Assembly: GCA_973895155.1 (NCBI GenBank)
Contig: OZ316891.1
Location: forward strand, 7,935,775-7,999,774
Direction of reading: 5' to 3'
DNA length: 64,000 nucleotides
Source: Marsupella aquatica
Taxonomy: Eukaryota > Plantae > Marchantiophyta
Below are positions 23,484 through 36,047 of the stretch, piece after piece. The notes below the pieces were generated by a model that was not told the origin of the DNA, did no database searches, and saw only the letters and a program-made list of their open reading frames with translations. The first letter of the stretch is position 1. Every line of letters begins with the position of its first letter. Both the position numbers and the translations under genes were made by a program.

Positions 23484-26400
23484 TTAACAATCGTATGCTC
23501 CTGGGCCTGGCAGCTCATTGTCCGTTTCGTGCCAGCGGCTGTCTCGGCCAAAATAACTAATTGCTGCACTTTTGTGCTTGGAATTTGTTTGTTTACCCTG
23601 CATAATCCACATTGAAGTTGTGTCAAGAGAGTTCAACCTTCGAACCAAACAGTCAGGAACATCTGCTAGGGGTTCTCAATACTAACATCGAGAGATCTCT
23701 ACACCGCGATCATTAAGTCTGTAATATCTTTCTGGAAATTTCAGAGGGCGAGTACACTAGAAAATGAGCATTCCCAAGAAATCATGTTTCTCACCAGGCT
23801 TCCCTTCAGCTTGATTACAGCCGGGCCAGGTGATTGTACCCCGTAATTGATTTTGTCATGCTCAGCAGATATGAATACCTTCAAAATAAGAACAAGAGAT
23901 AAGATCAACAGAGGATGCAGCATGAATGAACGTAGCATGAATGAACGTAGAATTTTGCTCTTTCAGAAGTAGCAATTTCGTTTTTTTAACTTTGCGCAAT
24001 CCTTGTTGATGATTGTCTTGTGAGTTCGAATAGCAAACTACGAGGACAGAAAATTTATGCGTTGCACAATTCATCATGCTGCCTTTCATCTCTTACCTCG
24101 ACTCGTCACCACTCGGAGATCGCAAAGACCAGAGGCAAGTGGCGGATCGACAGACGAACAACTTTATAGTGCTCCGAAATTATTTCTTTTTTGTAGTTAA
24201 GCTTTTGTGAAACAACATCATTCGTTGGATAGCCTCTAAACCACCGTACCTTGTTGGCTTTCTCCCGTGAAGCACTTCCGAAGGAGAAGTTTGGTCGAGT
24301 GCTTCTGTGTGATTCATCTTGTCTACCAATTGAGCCTTTCAAGTCGTATTGACCTGGTCCTGTCGTCTCCCCTGCCCTGCCCATGAGGTGGTACTGCAAG
24401 ATACCAGCGTCTTTGTAATTTGTGCGGAATTTGCATGGTTGATACCAGCGTCTTTGTAATTTGTGCGGAATTTGCATGGTTGATAACGGCCACGTGCAGA
24501 TTGTACGAGATGAGCCCTCTGGACAAACGTTTTGCAATCTGCTAGGCTTGGGCAACAAATGTCGAAGGAAGAACACAATGGAAAAAATGACGGACTCTTT
24601 GCTCATGTGATGAAATGCCAGGATTGTCACAATAAATCAAAAGGAGAAATAAGAGACAGTTCTATTATGCGCTAACAAGGTCAAGTTCTCTTCCCCCGGC
24701 AAGACATTATCCACCAGCTCCACACTTGTGACAGTTTCGGACATAATTGAAAAAAGGAGTCGAATCAACTTTAGACTGAAAAGTTTGAAAGATGGGTGTT
24801 CAGGGCACACCTTAAATCGCTGATCATTAACAAACCCAACAAGCGGTGCTGTTTTGTTGTGCGAGAGAGGCTGTCGGCCCAATGTAGATTTAGGTGGATA
24901 TACAGATGGACCGGGCGACGCTTTCCCATAGTTTATCTTCAAAAACGAAGGGAAGGAACTCGAATGAAATATTCTCACAATGTACCCTAGTTATGGTGAC
25001 GCAGATCAACTATCGCTTAGTCATAAAACTTGATTGCATGCAATTGCTACCAAAGCCACCATGAACACAAGAACACTAGAATATGTTCAAAGAGACGCAG
25101 TCATTAGAGAAGAGAATCTTTTTCACATCTAGTAGAGCCCTGAGTCTATCTAGCTAACGTCCAAATACACAAATCCTCTAACAGTTGAGTCATTCTGACT
25201 TCTACTCGCTAACTACGAACAATTCTTTGAGATTTGCGAATGAAAACCATGAGTAAAAGAAAAAGTTCCACACCGTATCGTTTGGAGTACCTTCTCAAAG
25301 TCCACATTGACGTAAACTTTGTCCTGCCCATTCCTCGTCCCGGTACCAAACAGCACCCCAACGGGTGACTTTTGTCTGGAAGGTGCGAACTGCATGCAAA
25401 GGAATTAGTTAGTGACGAGATCCACAGAACTGACGTTACACCCGGCAGCTCAGCTAACAAAAGGTTTGTCTACTTCGTCAGCATGCGGTGCACCTGTCCA
25501 TCGTTAGGACTCTAGGTCGTCGTACATCATCATTCGGTTTCGACGTTTTGAAGCTTGGCTTTCTAGTGAGCAGAAGATATCATTGACGTTTACCCTTCTT
25601 TCATGCAACCCACATGATGCAGCTAAAAATTTACCACGGATGAATTTCGGAGCGATTGCCATTGGCGGCAGTTAAGAGGTTACTGCAAAGAAACCTTTTT
25701 GCAAAATAAATACACGAAAGGCTGAGAATTTGAGAAGCCTCGGGGAGCGCATCAAACAGGTGAAACACATTTATAAGGAAAAGCAAGAGGATTCATACTT
25801 CATAGAGCTACGTTAATGCCCTAATCTCAGACATGATAGAAGTGCCAGTGAAAGAAATGGCATCATCACCAGCTCATACGTACTGTGGACGCTTAAAACG
25901 AAAGACAACGCATTAGAGCTATCCAAGTATCCGTCCCCGTTCGGATGTTAAATGATGTGCTCCACTTATCGTCACTTCTAAACCCTTGGTTTCACAAGCA
26001 AGGCTTCCATATCATCTCAAGTAAAATTAGAGACATGACGGATCCTGCAGGTGGGCTGTACCTGGGTCAGGAAGCTTGATTTCTGATTGTATGCTCCAGG
26101 TCCGGGAGGTTCCTCTTCTCTTCGCCTCTGTTCAAGGATATGAAAATTTTGGATGAGTTCATGAGAATATGTTTTCTCTTCTAAACAGTCTGAACTGGCT
26201 GGAATTAGATATATACCCTGAACCACCGAACACCCATGGGAAAGATGGTTTCCGGGGGGTTCTCATTTCGGGATTTTGGTTGCTTCCCGAAGGCGGAATG
26301 TTGATCATATACTGGACCTGAACACATGATGCACAATCGTGACTCACTTAATTTTTAGTCGAGTAACCGAAACGAGCGGTGCAGCTCATTCTTCTATTCC

Positions 26401-28060
26401 GTTAGTATTCGGTTCGATTAAGAGAGGAGGTAGAGAAGAGGATAGGAGCATTGAAGTCCATTGAAAGAGATGATGGATAAGGGAAAGTTGTCTTCAAAGA
26501 AATGCAAGTGTTCAATTCAAACCAGAGTTCATTTGAATTTCTTTCTTAGCTGCTAAAGTCAGGTCTGAAAGGTTGGATTGGATACCTGGACTGCACTTAT
26601 CAGGCTTTAGTTTGGCCAAGTCTGCATTGACGTACATCTGCTTGTCCACATCGAAGAAATAGTATCCGGAAAATAAGATATAATCAGTCTATTACATGGA
26701 GGCCAAATCAATTGTCCTCAATAACCATAACGATAATAAATTTAACCATTGCTCAAATCGCCCACAAGCGCGAATGACCTTCCAAGAAAGTCTGCATTTA
26801 TATTTAAAACCTTCAATTCTGAGAAGAGATTCGAATTTCACCTTTTCCGCAACAACGTCACGGCTGGAGCTCCCAAATCCATATGCAGGAGAAGTGACTC
26901 GATACGAAACGATCTGTATTAGAAATGAGCAATCGTCATTGCAGTGTCGAATTTTCTACTAGTGTCCCTAAACTGGGGCTGTTTTTGAACCCGGATCTGT
27001 TTTACAAAACTCGTTTGAGTGTTTCCGTTATTGCAGAAAGAGAGATTGCTCCAGTGTGTGGCATCCAGGCACAAAAGAGCAGATTTAAAAGAGCAGATGA
27101 TACGAATGAAGCCAAACTTCGAAGTTCCCCGTGTGACAGATCCTAACAAGGTGAGGTAAGAGGGAAGAAGCAAATCCGTTATCGTTGACACGAAGATGCA
27201 AATTATTAATCGAGGCAAAATCATCACAGAACCATGAAGGTGAAAACGCATAACTAAAGCGACGCAAAATGGCTTCGAGATGATTCAAGGCCTTCTGATG
27301 GCAGATTACCGCAGCCCTCGAAGAGTTTTGTTACCGGCGTTCTGTTATCGGCCACAAGGCTCCGTGCCGTCCTTTACTTCCATCTTCAGATATTCATTTC
27401 CTCTCTTTTTAGGCCATTTTGCCCTCGTTTAAAAGTTTCCAGTTCCGTCGAATACGTCGCCTTATGACTTCTATAGACAATTCATTTGCAGCGCAGCACT
27501 GGACATTGCTAGAACTGGACCCGTGGGATTCACATTACGCGCTAGACAGGATGAGAGGAAATACGACTGACCTGATTTCCGAAGCCAGACTTCAGAAATC
27601 TCCTCCGCGCCGCTGGAGGGTTCCAATCTCGCGGGAGCCGACGCTCGTACAGGGCTGGAAATTACAGCCGTCATAGGCCAGAGTTAAATTGAAAAATTAG
27701 GTTCCAGTATGCAATTGTGCAAGTATCTATCTTTCCAGAAGATGTGCATTGACAGAGGTGGCTAGGATTCGCGACTGAAACTATTATGATTGATACCCGG
27801 CTACAACTCCCAACGCGTCGTCCTCCTGTCTCAGATTTCGCGAGGATGGATCGCTGTTCTGATATTACGAGGGCTTACGGAAAGAAAAGAAGAACATCTC
27901 GTGAGTAATCTAGCACGTTGAATTAGAAGAATGACGGTGCCCTCTGCACTTTAGAGGCTCTATATAATCCAGGAGAATGCAGGAGTTTCATTTTTAAACA
28001 AAAAACCACGAGCCAAAGCTTCACAGAAGAATTCACACCCGAGAATTTTTCCTTACCCAT
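23484..28060 (-). CDS. SHIPPO-repeat (sperm-tail PG-rich repeat, PF07004-like) ODF3/CIMAP1-like flagellar protein; 11 exons, ~314 aa
   Basis: Exons 28060-28057 (ATGG), 27654-27572, 26913-26842, 26637-26586, 26317-26217, 26127-26062, 25389-25291, 24936-24811, 24393-24250, 23878-23795 and 23597-23484. All introns are GT-AG and phase-consistent; the total is 945 nt with no internal stop. There are six PGP-type motifs (SPGPVY, PGPGAY, SPGPSVY, TGPGQY, SPGPAV, PGPGAY). All but the last are followed by an S-x-G-x-Q..S..P.xxFG..R-like segment. The first exon is the least certain. Confidence 0.85.
24400..24485. repeat. Perfect 41-bp tandem duplication next to a 3' splice site of the SHIPPO gene
   Basis: gataccagcgtctttgtaatttgtgcggaatttgcatggtt starts at 24400 and again at 24441; the acceptor AG is at 24395-24394. 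Confidence 0.95.
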
Positions 28061-31000
28061 CGCAGAATGTTGTCGAAGGAATTCAGTAAGTGTGATAATA
28101 TTCCGGCCTTTCCATTGCAACAAAGGAGCTTCGTCTCATTGAATATGGATAACCAGAGGCAGGGTCCCCTTCACGATCAGTACAGATAGTGTCGTCGTCT
28201 AATCTTGAGATCTCAAATTACTTCAATGAATGCTGTGGGAATTAAACACCCGCTTCTCAGCATCGAAGATGCGCAGAGTGTGTCCTTTCATTTCCGCAGG
28301 TAGCTCATAACCTCTTATGGTACCAAATACCGACATGAAATGGGACATCCGCAAGGTAAACCCTCATGCGGCAGACACACGTACCCTTTCATTCCCACGC
28401 ACCACATCCTTTATTCACCAGAAGTAACGAAAGCCAGAGAGCAGGAGCTCGGTGGAATCTTCAATTATTCAGCAAATTTCACCAGTGTCAACGTTGTGAT
28501 CGAGCTTATTTAGAAGTCCAAAAGAATCGTCTACAAAACACCATTGTCACAACTCACTTTGTGCATGCCAGACGCCCGTTTTGTTACGTCTTGTCGTGTC
28601 AGGCCATGTGGATTGCCAAGAGATCACTCTCATATATCAGTGGCAATGGAATTAAGCTTGCTTTCTTATCGTATTCCTTGTATGTAAACTTGACAGGTTT
28701 GTAACGCCTCTTGTCTGTCCGTCTTTGAAACTCGCTGCCCTTAGCGCCCGAACGTAACCACTCTCTGCGAAAGATCCGCAAGAATTGCGATGGACAGGAA
28801 GTGGTCGAAACGGACACCGCAGTCCAGCTTGGATCTGAATTTCATCACCTATTAACAACTTCATCAACCTTCACATCGAACAAATCAGTACGCATTCCCC
28901 CGGGCAGGACCCTCGGAAATCCAGATTCCTGCAGGGCACTCCAGGGATCTCTTTCGTGATCCAGCCTGCCAATTATGATGGTGGTAATTGAGTTCAACTT
29001 ACGCATTGATGTCATTCTCTGAAGGTTTCATTCTGTTGACATGAGCACCACAATGCCTCCTACTAATTATAACTAGCAAACTTTCTCCTCACACGCATGT
29101 TTTGTCAGTGTCTACTACGGTTGGTACTGTCACTACGTCACTCAGCAGCTTGAATCGTATGAAATCTCCGAAATTTCGTGCTCCGAAAAGTCATAACGGA
29201 AGAAACAAGCACCGGATCGAAACGTGAAGGGACAAATGTTGCTCAAGCTACACTACAACGCTGTTAACGGCGGGAACGAGCCAGGTCAGCACAGTGATGA
29301 CGGGAAACAGGGCTACCTTCAGGAACAGAGGAGAGAAGGACGCAGAACGGAGGATCGAACGCAGGTAGTAAGCCCCCAAATGTTCGGATCAATTCGTCAA
29401 CTTCCCCTCTTCCTTTCAACTGACTGATCAAGTCCGATCCGTTTGCACTCGGAAGCTCCCCTTAAACTCAGCATTTGATTCCATCCTCCTCGTCCTCCAG
29501 GCTCTGAACCTCGCCACTAGACGTATGTGATACCCTTCCAGTCCTTTGTCCATCCAAATCCCGATTCAATTGCTTCATGCATTGGTGGATATGTGTGGAC
29601 ATAAAGCGTAGAACAGAATCGGAGAGTGCACTTCACCGATTCTTCGCTTCATGTCATGGAGTATTGACCGGGCAATTCATTGCACGCTGGCAATCTTCCT
29701 TCAAGCCGTTCACATTTACGTAAGTGCAGCCTCATGATCTACAGAAAGCAGGTCATCAAAGTCCTCGCCAGCCTTGTGATTTATAATCGAAAGAGGTGAT
29801 CGTCTTCCTTAGCGAGTGCTCCTGCCTGACATGAAGTCTGTATTAATGAATTAATGAAATGCGTGCCATTGATCAACGAGTCGCGCATCGAATTAAGATC
29901 CGTTCACGTAACTCATTTCAATGATTTGAAGCATTCTAGAAGCTTCAAATCCCTTTGTTGGCCTGATCTTTTCGATTCCGAGTAATCTTATCTGTGGCTC
30001 GATTAGAATCGCAACAAATGGATGAGTTGTAGGAACTGGAGCGTTCTGATTGCCAAGGCTGACTAGATCAGGCTGGCAGCTTCCTCTCTATAACTAAGTC
30101 GCCCGGACTGAAGGATAGAAATAATGGCTTTTGATATCCTCTGACCCCAAAACAAGAACGAGACTGGAATTACCACGGAAAACAGGTAAAAAGTACTCTT
30201 GGCGAGAACCATTTGTATAAAAAAAATCCGATTAAAGAAACTGAAGGCAATCGTATCGCTCTTCTGTCCAGGATCCTAACGAATTTTACCTAGGAGAAGC
30301 TAATGACTGAGCAGAGTGACGCGACAAGAGATTTTAAGGTGAGGAAAAAACGCCGTAGGAGCTCTGATTGTTGCCACCAATATTACGGATCCTATATTCA
30401 GGATTGGGAAGTAGTTTGCTCTACTGCATTGATCCTTGAGACACAAGTATCCATGTGGGCAGCAATCAGGCCGTGGGATAACATCACTTACAACCGTGTT
30501 TCAGTGTCCTAACATCTGATCAAAACTTACTCGAAAGTAGTCTCGAGATCTGCCCTTACAAATCTTGATTACTACGAAATCAAGATCCGGGCCTTCATTC
30601 CAGCAGATTGAATTGAATTTTCTTACTCCATGCGTCTAAAGAGACCACTAGGTAGAAAGCGATATGGTACAGAGAGTATCTTTCCTTCGAAGGTACAGAG
30701 AGTATCTTAAGTTGAAAGCTGAAATACGAGTAGTTAATCAACCCAAGGTTCCAAAGACGGAGGTGGATTGAACAACTGACGGAGAATTCAGCACATGCTA
30801 ATGACGATAGTTGCTTGCTGCAAGAAATAGAACCAATCGAGGATGTGCGAGTTCTTGCCAAAAGCGAGAAGAGCATCCCGCAGTGTCAAAGTCACGTCGT
30901 CGATTGAAGAAAATTATAAGGCAAGGTCATGCCCCGCGTTGAATATGAACCACCAATTAACTCATCGCCACTGAATATGCGCAGGGGTTTGAATTCTTGA

Positions 31001-33659
31001 CATCTGTAGCAGAGCCGAACAACACATGAGCCCGCGCGCAGGCTGACGAGGCCCCAGGAAATCACTCTCGCCATTGCCGAATCCTCCATCATTGAAGTTC
31101 TGACCCCGTGAAGTGTGCTGTAATGGCGGGTAAGGCGTCCTAGCCTCTGCATTAAGACATCAGTTCCGAATCAGTCTCGCATCCATTCGTCTTAAATGTG
31201 GCTTGAAATACGGCAAAGCTAGTGTTATGATAAAAGCAATTCAACATTCGTTCCTTTCTAACTCTAGGAATAAGTCACCTCTGAGTGACAATCGTTTAAT
31301 TTCTTTGAATCACCTCACCGAAAGCTTGTCACCGTGTACCAATGTGCAACTTCTTTGAGGATGCTCCAGCCCTGTACCAGCGTAACTACGATCATCGATT
31401 CTTTAGCCCTCCATGCCGGAGAGGAAATTTCGTTTTCCGGAAAAGATATATCCACTCAGGCTTTGGAGAGCAGGTCAGAGCAATCATCTCTAATCTAGCA
31501 TCCGTTCGGCCTCCTCATATATCCTTCTACTGCATACTATGAATTATCAGCTCTAAACAGTTTTCCTACGTGCAAAACTTTCGATGGCACCTGAAGCGAA
31601 CACTATCAGAACCGTGCTTCATCGCCTCCGCTGTGATCTGAGAAGTCTTAAATCCATTCCAAAGCATCTCTGTCAGTTGACCTTACAATGAAGCATCTCT
31701 GCCATTTCATCTCCACACGGTATCGTGTTTGATTCCGGTGCAAACAATCGCAATGGCTTCCGCTTGGGTAGAAACAACCAACCAAATATCCCCTGGATAA
31801 GACAGCGCAAACGAAGCCTTCCTGGATGCTCCCATCAAGTTCACAACAGAATTGTCACAAATCTTTCCAACGTCCACGTCGAAAAACACTCTTCACAGAA
31901 CGGAGAGATCGCATTTAAGTTTCCAATCCAAACTTCATCATCCACTTTCCTCAACTTTATCGGGGCCATTCTGTTCAATAAATTATCAACAGGTCAATGT
32001 ATTCGGCTAGCTCATCTCTCGAGCGTTTCCAAATCCTGTACAGCTCCTGACAAGCTTGCATTTCCGGAAACCTGGTTGCAGTTGGACTCTACCAAATTCA
32101 CGTTTCCTCAGACTGGGACTAGGAGAGACAGCCGAGACCTATTCGACAACATTGTAAGTTGTTGCAGATTACCATCATGAGTTTGGAACAGAAAAAGATC
32201 TCAAGAATTGCAAATATCTCCAAAATGAACCAGTTTCCACATGGAATCTATTCAACATAGAATTCTGGAGACCCTCACGGCAAAGTTAACCCCAGTGTCT
32301 GGGTTCAAACAAATGCTCAATGCCTTCCAAATGAAGTACTGCACTCACTTCTATAGAATGCTACATCTTGTGCGTTCAATTGTTGAGGTATCTGTCAACG
32401 CAGCTTTGTGTCACCAAGGAGATTGACAAATTCAAGCCTGACAAGTGCAGCCCAGGTACGTATCATATGTTGCCTAACCTGGGATAATGGTGCACCTTCA
32501 AGTTTGAGAATCTTGAGATACAATGCAGAATGCGAAGTAGTCAGGCAATTCTGAGAAATTCATCGTATACAAACCTCGTAAGACTTGCATTTCCCAAGTC
32601 ATTAATTGCTGGAGCCAATTCTCACGGGTGATTGTCCAACCATAGCAATTGTTTGTTGCTTCAGTCAATTAAATTGGGTTGCATATTATGTGCGCGAAAG
32701 TCAGAAACGGTATTAAATTCATGTCCACTTTGACTGATAGTATGCGGTGTCCGGACCTCATCTTGAAAATGACAACTCATGATTTTTGCAAAGTAAACTT
32801 ACTGTGACTTATGTATGTTCAGGCCCAGGAGCCCTGATGCTTCAGGGATCCATGGTAAGTACAAAGCTCTGAAACCGTTTCTTGTCTCTTCGGACAACAC
32901 AATCACAAGTACCTCGTTCATTGCACCATTTTGCTCTTTGGTAAACAATCTAATGTGACATTAAAAGCCTACGGGCAAGAAATCCTGAGAGAAATTGTCG
33001 ATAAATTAAAACTAATTTAACGTTGAAAGTTCACTCGTAAGACAGCCTCAAAAGAAATTGTAGATATACTAAAAGCAATTAACGAAACATGCAATCCGTC
33101 ATGTAGGGTGACCAAGAAAAATCACAAAAAACCAATCCCAAATACTGCCGATTTGGTAGAGAACCGCGATTCAGGAATATCAAGCAAACACCTGGCCCAG
33201 GTCATTATGATTACTGAAGACAAAAAATACAGCAATTTCCTAAAACCCAACGATTCTCACTAAGAGTCAAATTTCATTGCACGATTCAAGTCGAGAAGCA
33301 GAGTATCAAGATTTCCCAAGAGTGATGCAGCTGTGAGTTGCAAACTACTGATGATCGTGTCGGGTAGATGCTCTGTGCAAAATAGACGTACAAAATGCCG
33401 CAAGTAAAACATTTCCGTTGTAGTTTAAGCTGTCTAACTGCAAAGCATTCTTAGCATTTAATGAACCAATAAAAGCTGCAAATTTCAGCAAGATGTGACC
33501 ACTTTCAGGAGAAAACCACAAAAGAACGACATGTTCATTCAAGTTAAGATGTGGCCATGGCAGAGGACGTGAAATGGCAATCGAATAGCAGAGGGCCATT
33601 GGACCACTTCCATTATGTGATAAACTATAACATCAAGTATAAAAATTTCAATTCTCTTC

Positions 33660-36047
33660 TCAGAGCACTTGAGACTGAGACTCAAAAGGAAGTTCTACAA
33701 CAGTTGCATTTCCATAGAACTCCTCCAAATTATAAAAGGAACGCTCTTTTGGGTAAAATATATGAACCACCACGTCCCCTGTTCAACAGCCAGAGAACCA
33801 ACAACTATATTAGAGAGTTACTAATCCCCAATTGGGTCACTTTGTGAACTGACCAACTCACCTCCTAACTTGTTCGCTAACGTGGCCAATATTCCCAATG
33901 GACCAAATCGCAAATCAATGTCATTTGCCCATGGTTAGAACTGTACAGGAGATTTGAGCAGCATCTCAAATCAAGACGCTGTTCCTTTGTTCAGCTTCAA
34001 TTCAAGTAAAAAGCCAGTAGCTAGCAAAGACTGTGAACTTACCGAAGTCTAGCAATGTCCACGCGTTGGGTTTCAAGTCGCCCTTAGGGGTTCTTTTGAA
34101 GCGCTCTTCGGCCATATTCCGCATCCTTTGTCTGGAAACATAATAAGTCTCAGTTATAGAAGTAATCCCACTGGCATCACCAAACTCAAATATCCGCGTT
34201 TTCTAGGAACCTCAGCCTCGGCTCGGAAGAGAGGCTATTTCAAAACTGTTGTTAGGCTCATGAACTTAGCTAAGCCACGATTCCACATTGATGTCCATTG
34301 TGAGAAGCACGGTAAAAAAAGGGAGGGTGGAAGTTCAACGCCAACCTTTCATATTATGTTTCCCATCATAATTATTTATAAATGAAAACTCAAAACAGGG
34401 AGGGAAGGCCAACCTACCCAATTGCATCCACTTGAGGTCGTGAAAACCCTGTTGCAATCACAAAAAAGCGTGTCCAATACACCAACGGCTTCACACAAAG
34501 GACCCGAATCTCACTGGCCTTGACGTCATTTGCAACTCCCGCCAAGGCTACGGCCACTGAGATAACAATAATAATAAGCTACAAGTCAGCTCCCTCACAC
34601 TCTTCCTAATGACATCCAGAAGACTTTCCGTCTTGGAAGAAAATCGTCAGTGCTAGCCATTTCCTTTGGCCCCCTCGTCACCAACCTAAGCCTACTCCTG
34701 ATCTATTTAGACTACCTCTTTCCTCAGAGTACCACAACCCTATAAATCAAAATCGGACAATGTTACAGGATCAACGAGGGACAGTGCACCTACAATATGC
34801 ATTAAAACAGAAAGAACTGTCGTCAAGGTATGTCTCACATTCTAAGCTTTCCGCGTCGTCATCCACTTCAGAGGAAGTCGGTGCAGGTACAGATTCTTCC
34901 CGCACAACCACACCATAGGTTTCGAAAAGGTCCTCAAGCTCCTCATTGTCCAGATCCTCTATGTCCAAATCCGGTTCCAGACCTAGTGAGGGCTCTAGAG
35001 GAACAGCAGTTTCTTCCTTCCTTTCGTCCCCCTGTATGTCCACAGGGACAAATGCCGATTCCTTCGTTCCTTCAGCCCGTCTGTCTGTCTGTCCACAGGG
35101 ACAAATGTCGGGTGACTCAGGGAAGAACAGGGTGCCATGCTAACTGTGCCAGGACTTACATAGCATGCGTGATAAGGCACAATGTTCTGATAAGAGGCTC
35201 ATAAGGGGCTACAAGCTTAAGTCTGAATAAAATAGCATATGTGATATTGCACAAGAAGAGACAGCAAGGTAGACAAACTTCTCAGATAGTCAAGTCAATC
35301 AATGCTGCCGAAACAAATGGCAAGGAAAGAAAAATGACCCTCAGCTCCTACATGGTTGCAATGAAATACTCCAGAAGTAGAGCCCGGAACTCCGACCAAC
35401 AACAGAATATTTACCGACCCAAACGCCACAATACGACTACCTCAACCCACACCACATAAGTTCCACTCACTTCTTGGGACGGAAACTATGGAAGAAAACT
35501 AACATGCTATGCTCCCATTCCTTTTAGATCGTCGACTCTCAAGTGAAAACAGGACTAATTCTACGTGGACACCTCCACACCACAGTCTCGAGAGACATAC
35601 ACCGGACCAGAGTTCTAACTCTGCAGCTTCCAAGGTCTGTCACCGTTTCTATATCAACAACACTGTTCACAGTCTCACAAAGAACAATCGGACAGCCAAT
35701 TTCTAGGATACAGTACGCACGGCCCAACACAGATTGCAGATAGGTAGCAAAAAAGATACCTTTTCTGCTGGAAAAAGCCGTAGACGCCATACATTCAAAA
35801 TCAAGCATTATTGTCACGCAGACCACAGAGCATTCTCTTGAATGACCACTTCTACTAAAATAGATAAGAACACCGGAAACCCACCTGAACTGGAACAAAT
35901 GGGGGAACGGCACCAAACAGTCTTCGAGTCTCTCAAAGAGCACTGGCTATGGCCTCCGGTCGAGATCCACCCTCGGGTTGTAGCTGTCCGCCGTGCAGCA
36001 ACGGATCCCAGAGCAGCACCGAAGATGGTAGCTGAAACTGCGGCCAT
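33660..36047 (-). CDS. IOJAP: Plastid Iojap / ribosome silencing factor RsfS
   Basis: Firm exons: (start at ~35031-35090)-34839, 34556-34418, 34131-34043 and 33778-33660. They give DDDAESLELAVALAGVANDVKASEIRVLCVKPLVYWTRFFVIATGFSRPQVDAIGQRMRNMAEERFKRTPKGDLKPNAWTLLDFGDVVVHIFYPKERSFYNLEEFYGNATVVELPFE. The first exon from ATG 36047 (MAAVSATIFGAALGSVAARR...) looks like a transit peptide; its splice junction is uncertain. Confidence 0.93.

Noticed and set aside
26159-26347. Listed ORF frame VQYMINIPPSGSNQ... as the SHIPPO exon
   Set aside because: Splice phases and the repeat pattern require the other frame (GPVYDQHSAFGKQPKSR...).
28599-28867. Two short - strand ORFs upstream of the SHIPPO ATG
   Set aside because: No recognisable domain and no splice path into the gene; probably leader or intergenic sequence.
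31725-32180. 151-aa + strand ORF
   Set aside because: Non-ATG start and no motif. It is kept only within the low-confidence transcript hypothesis.
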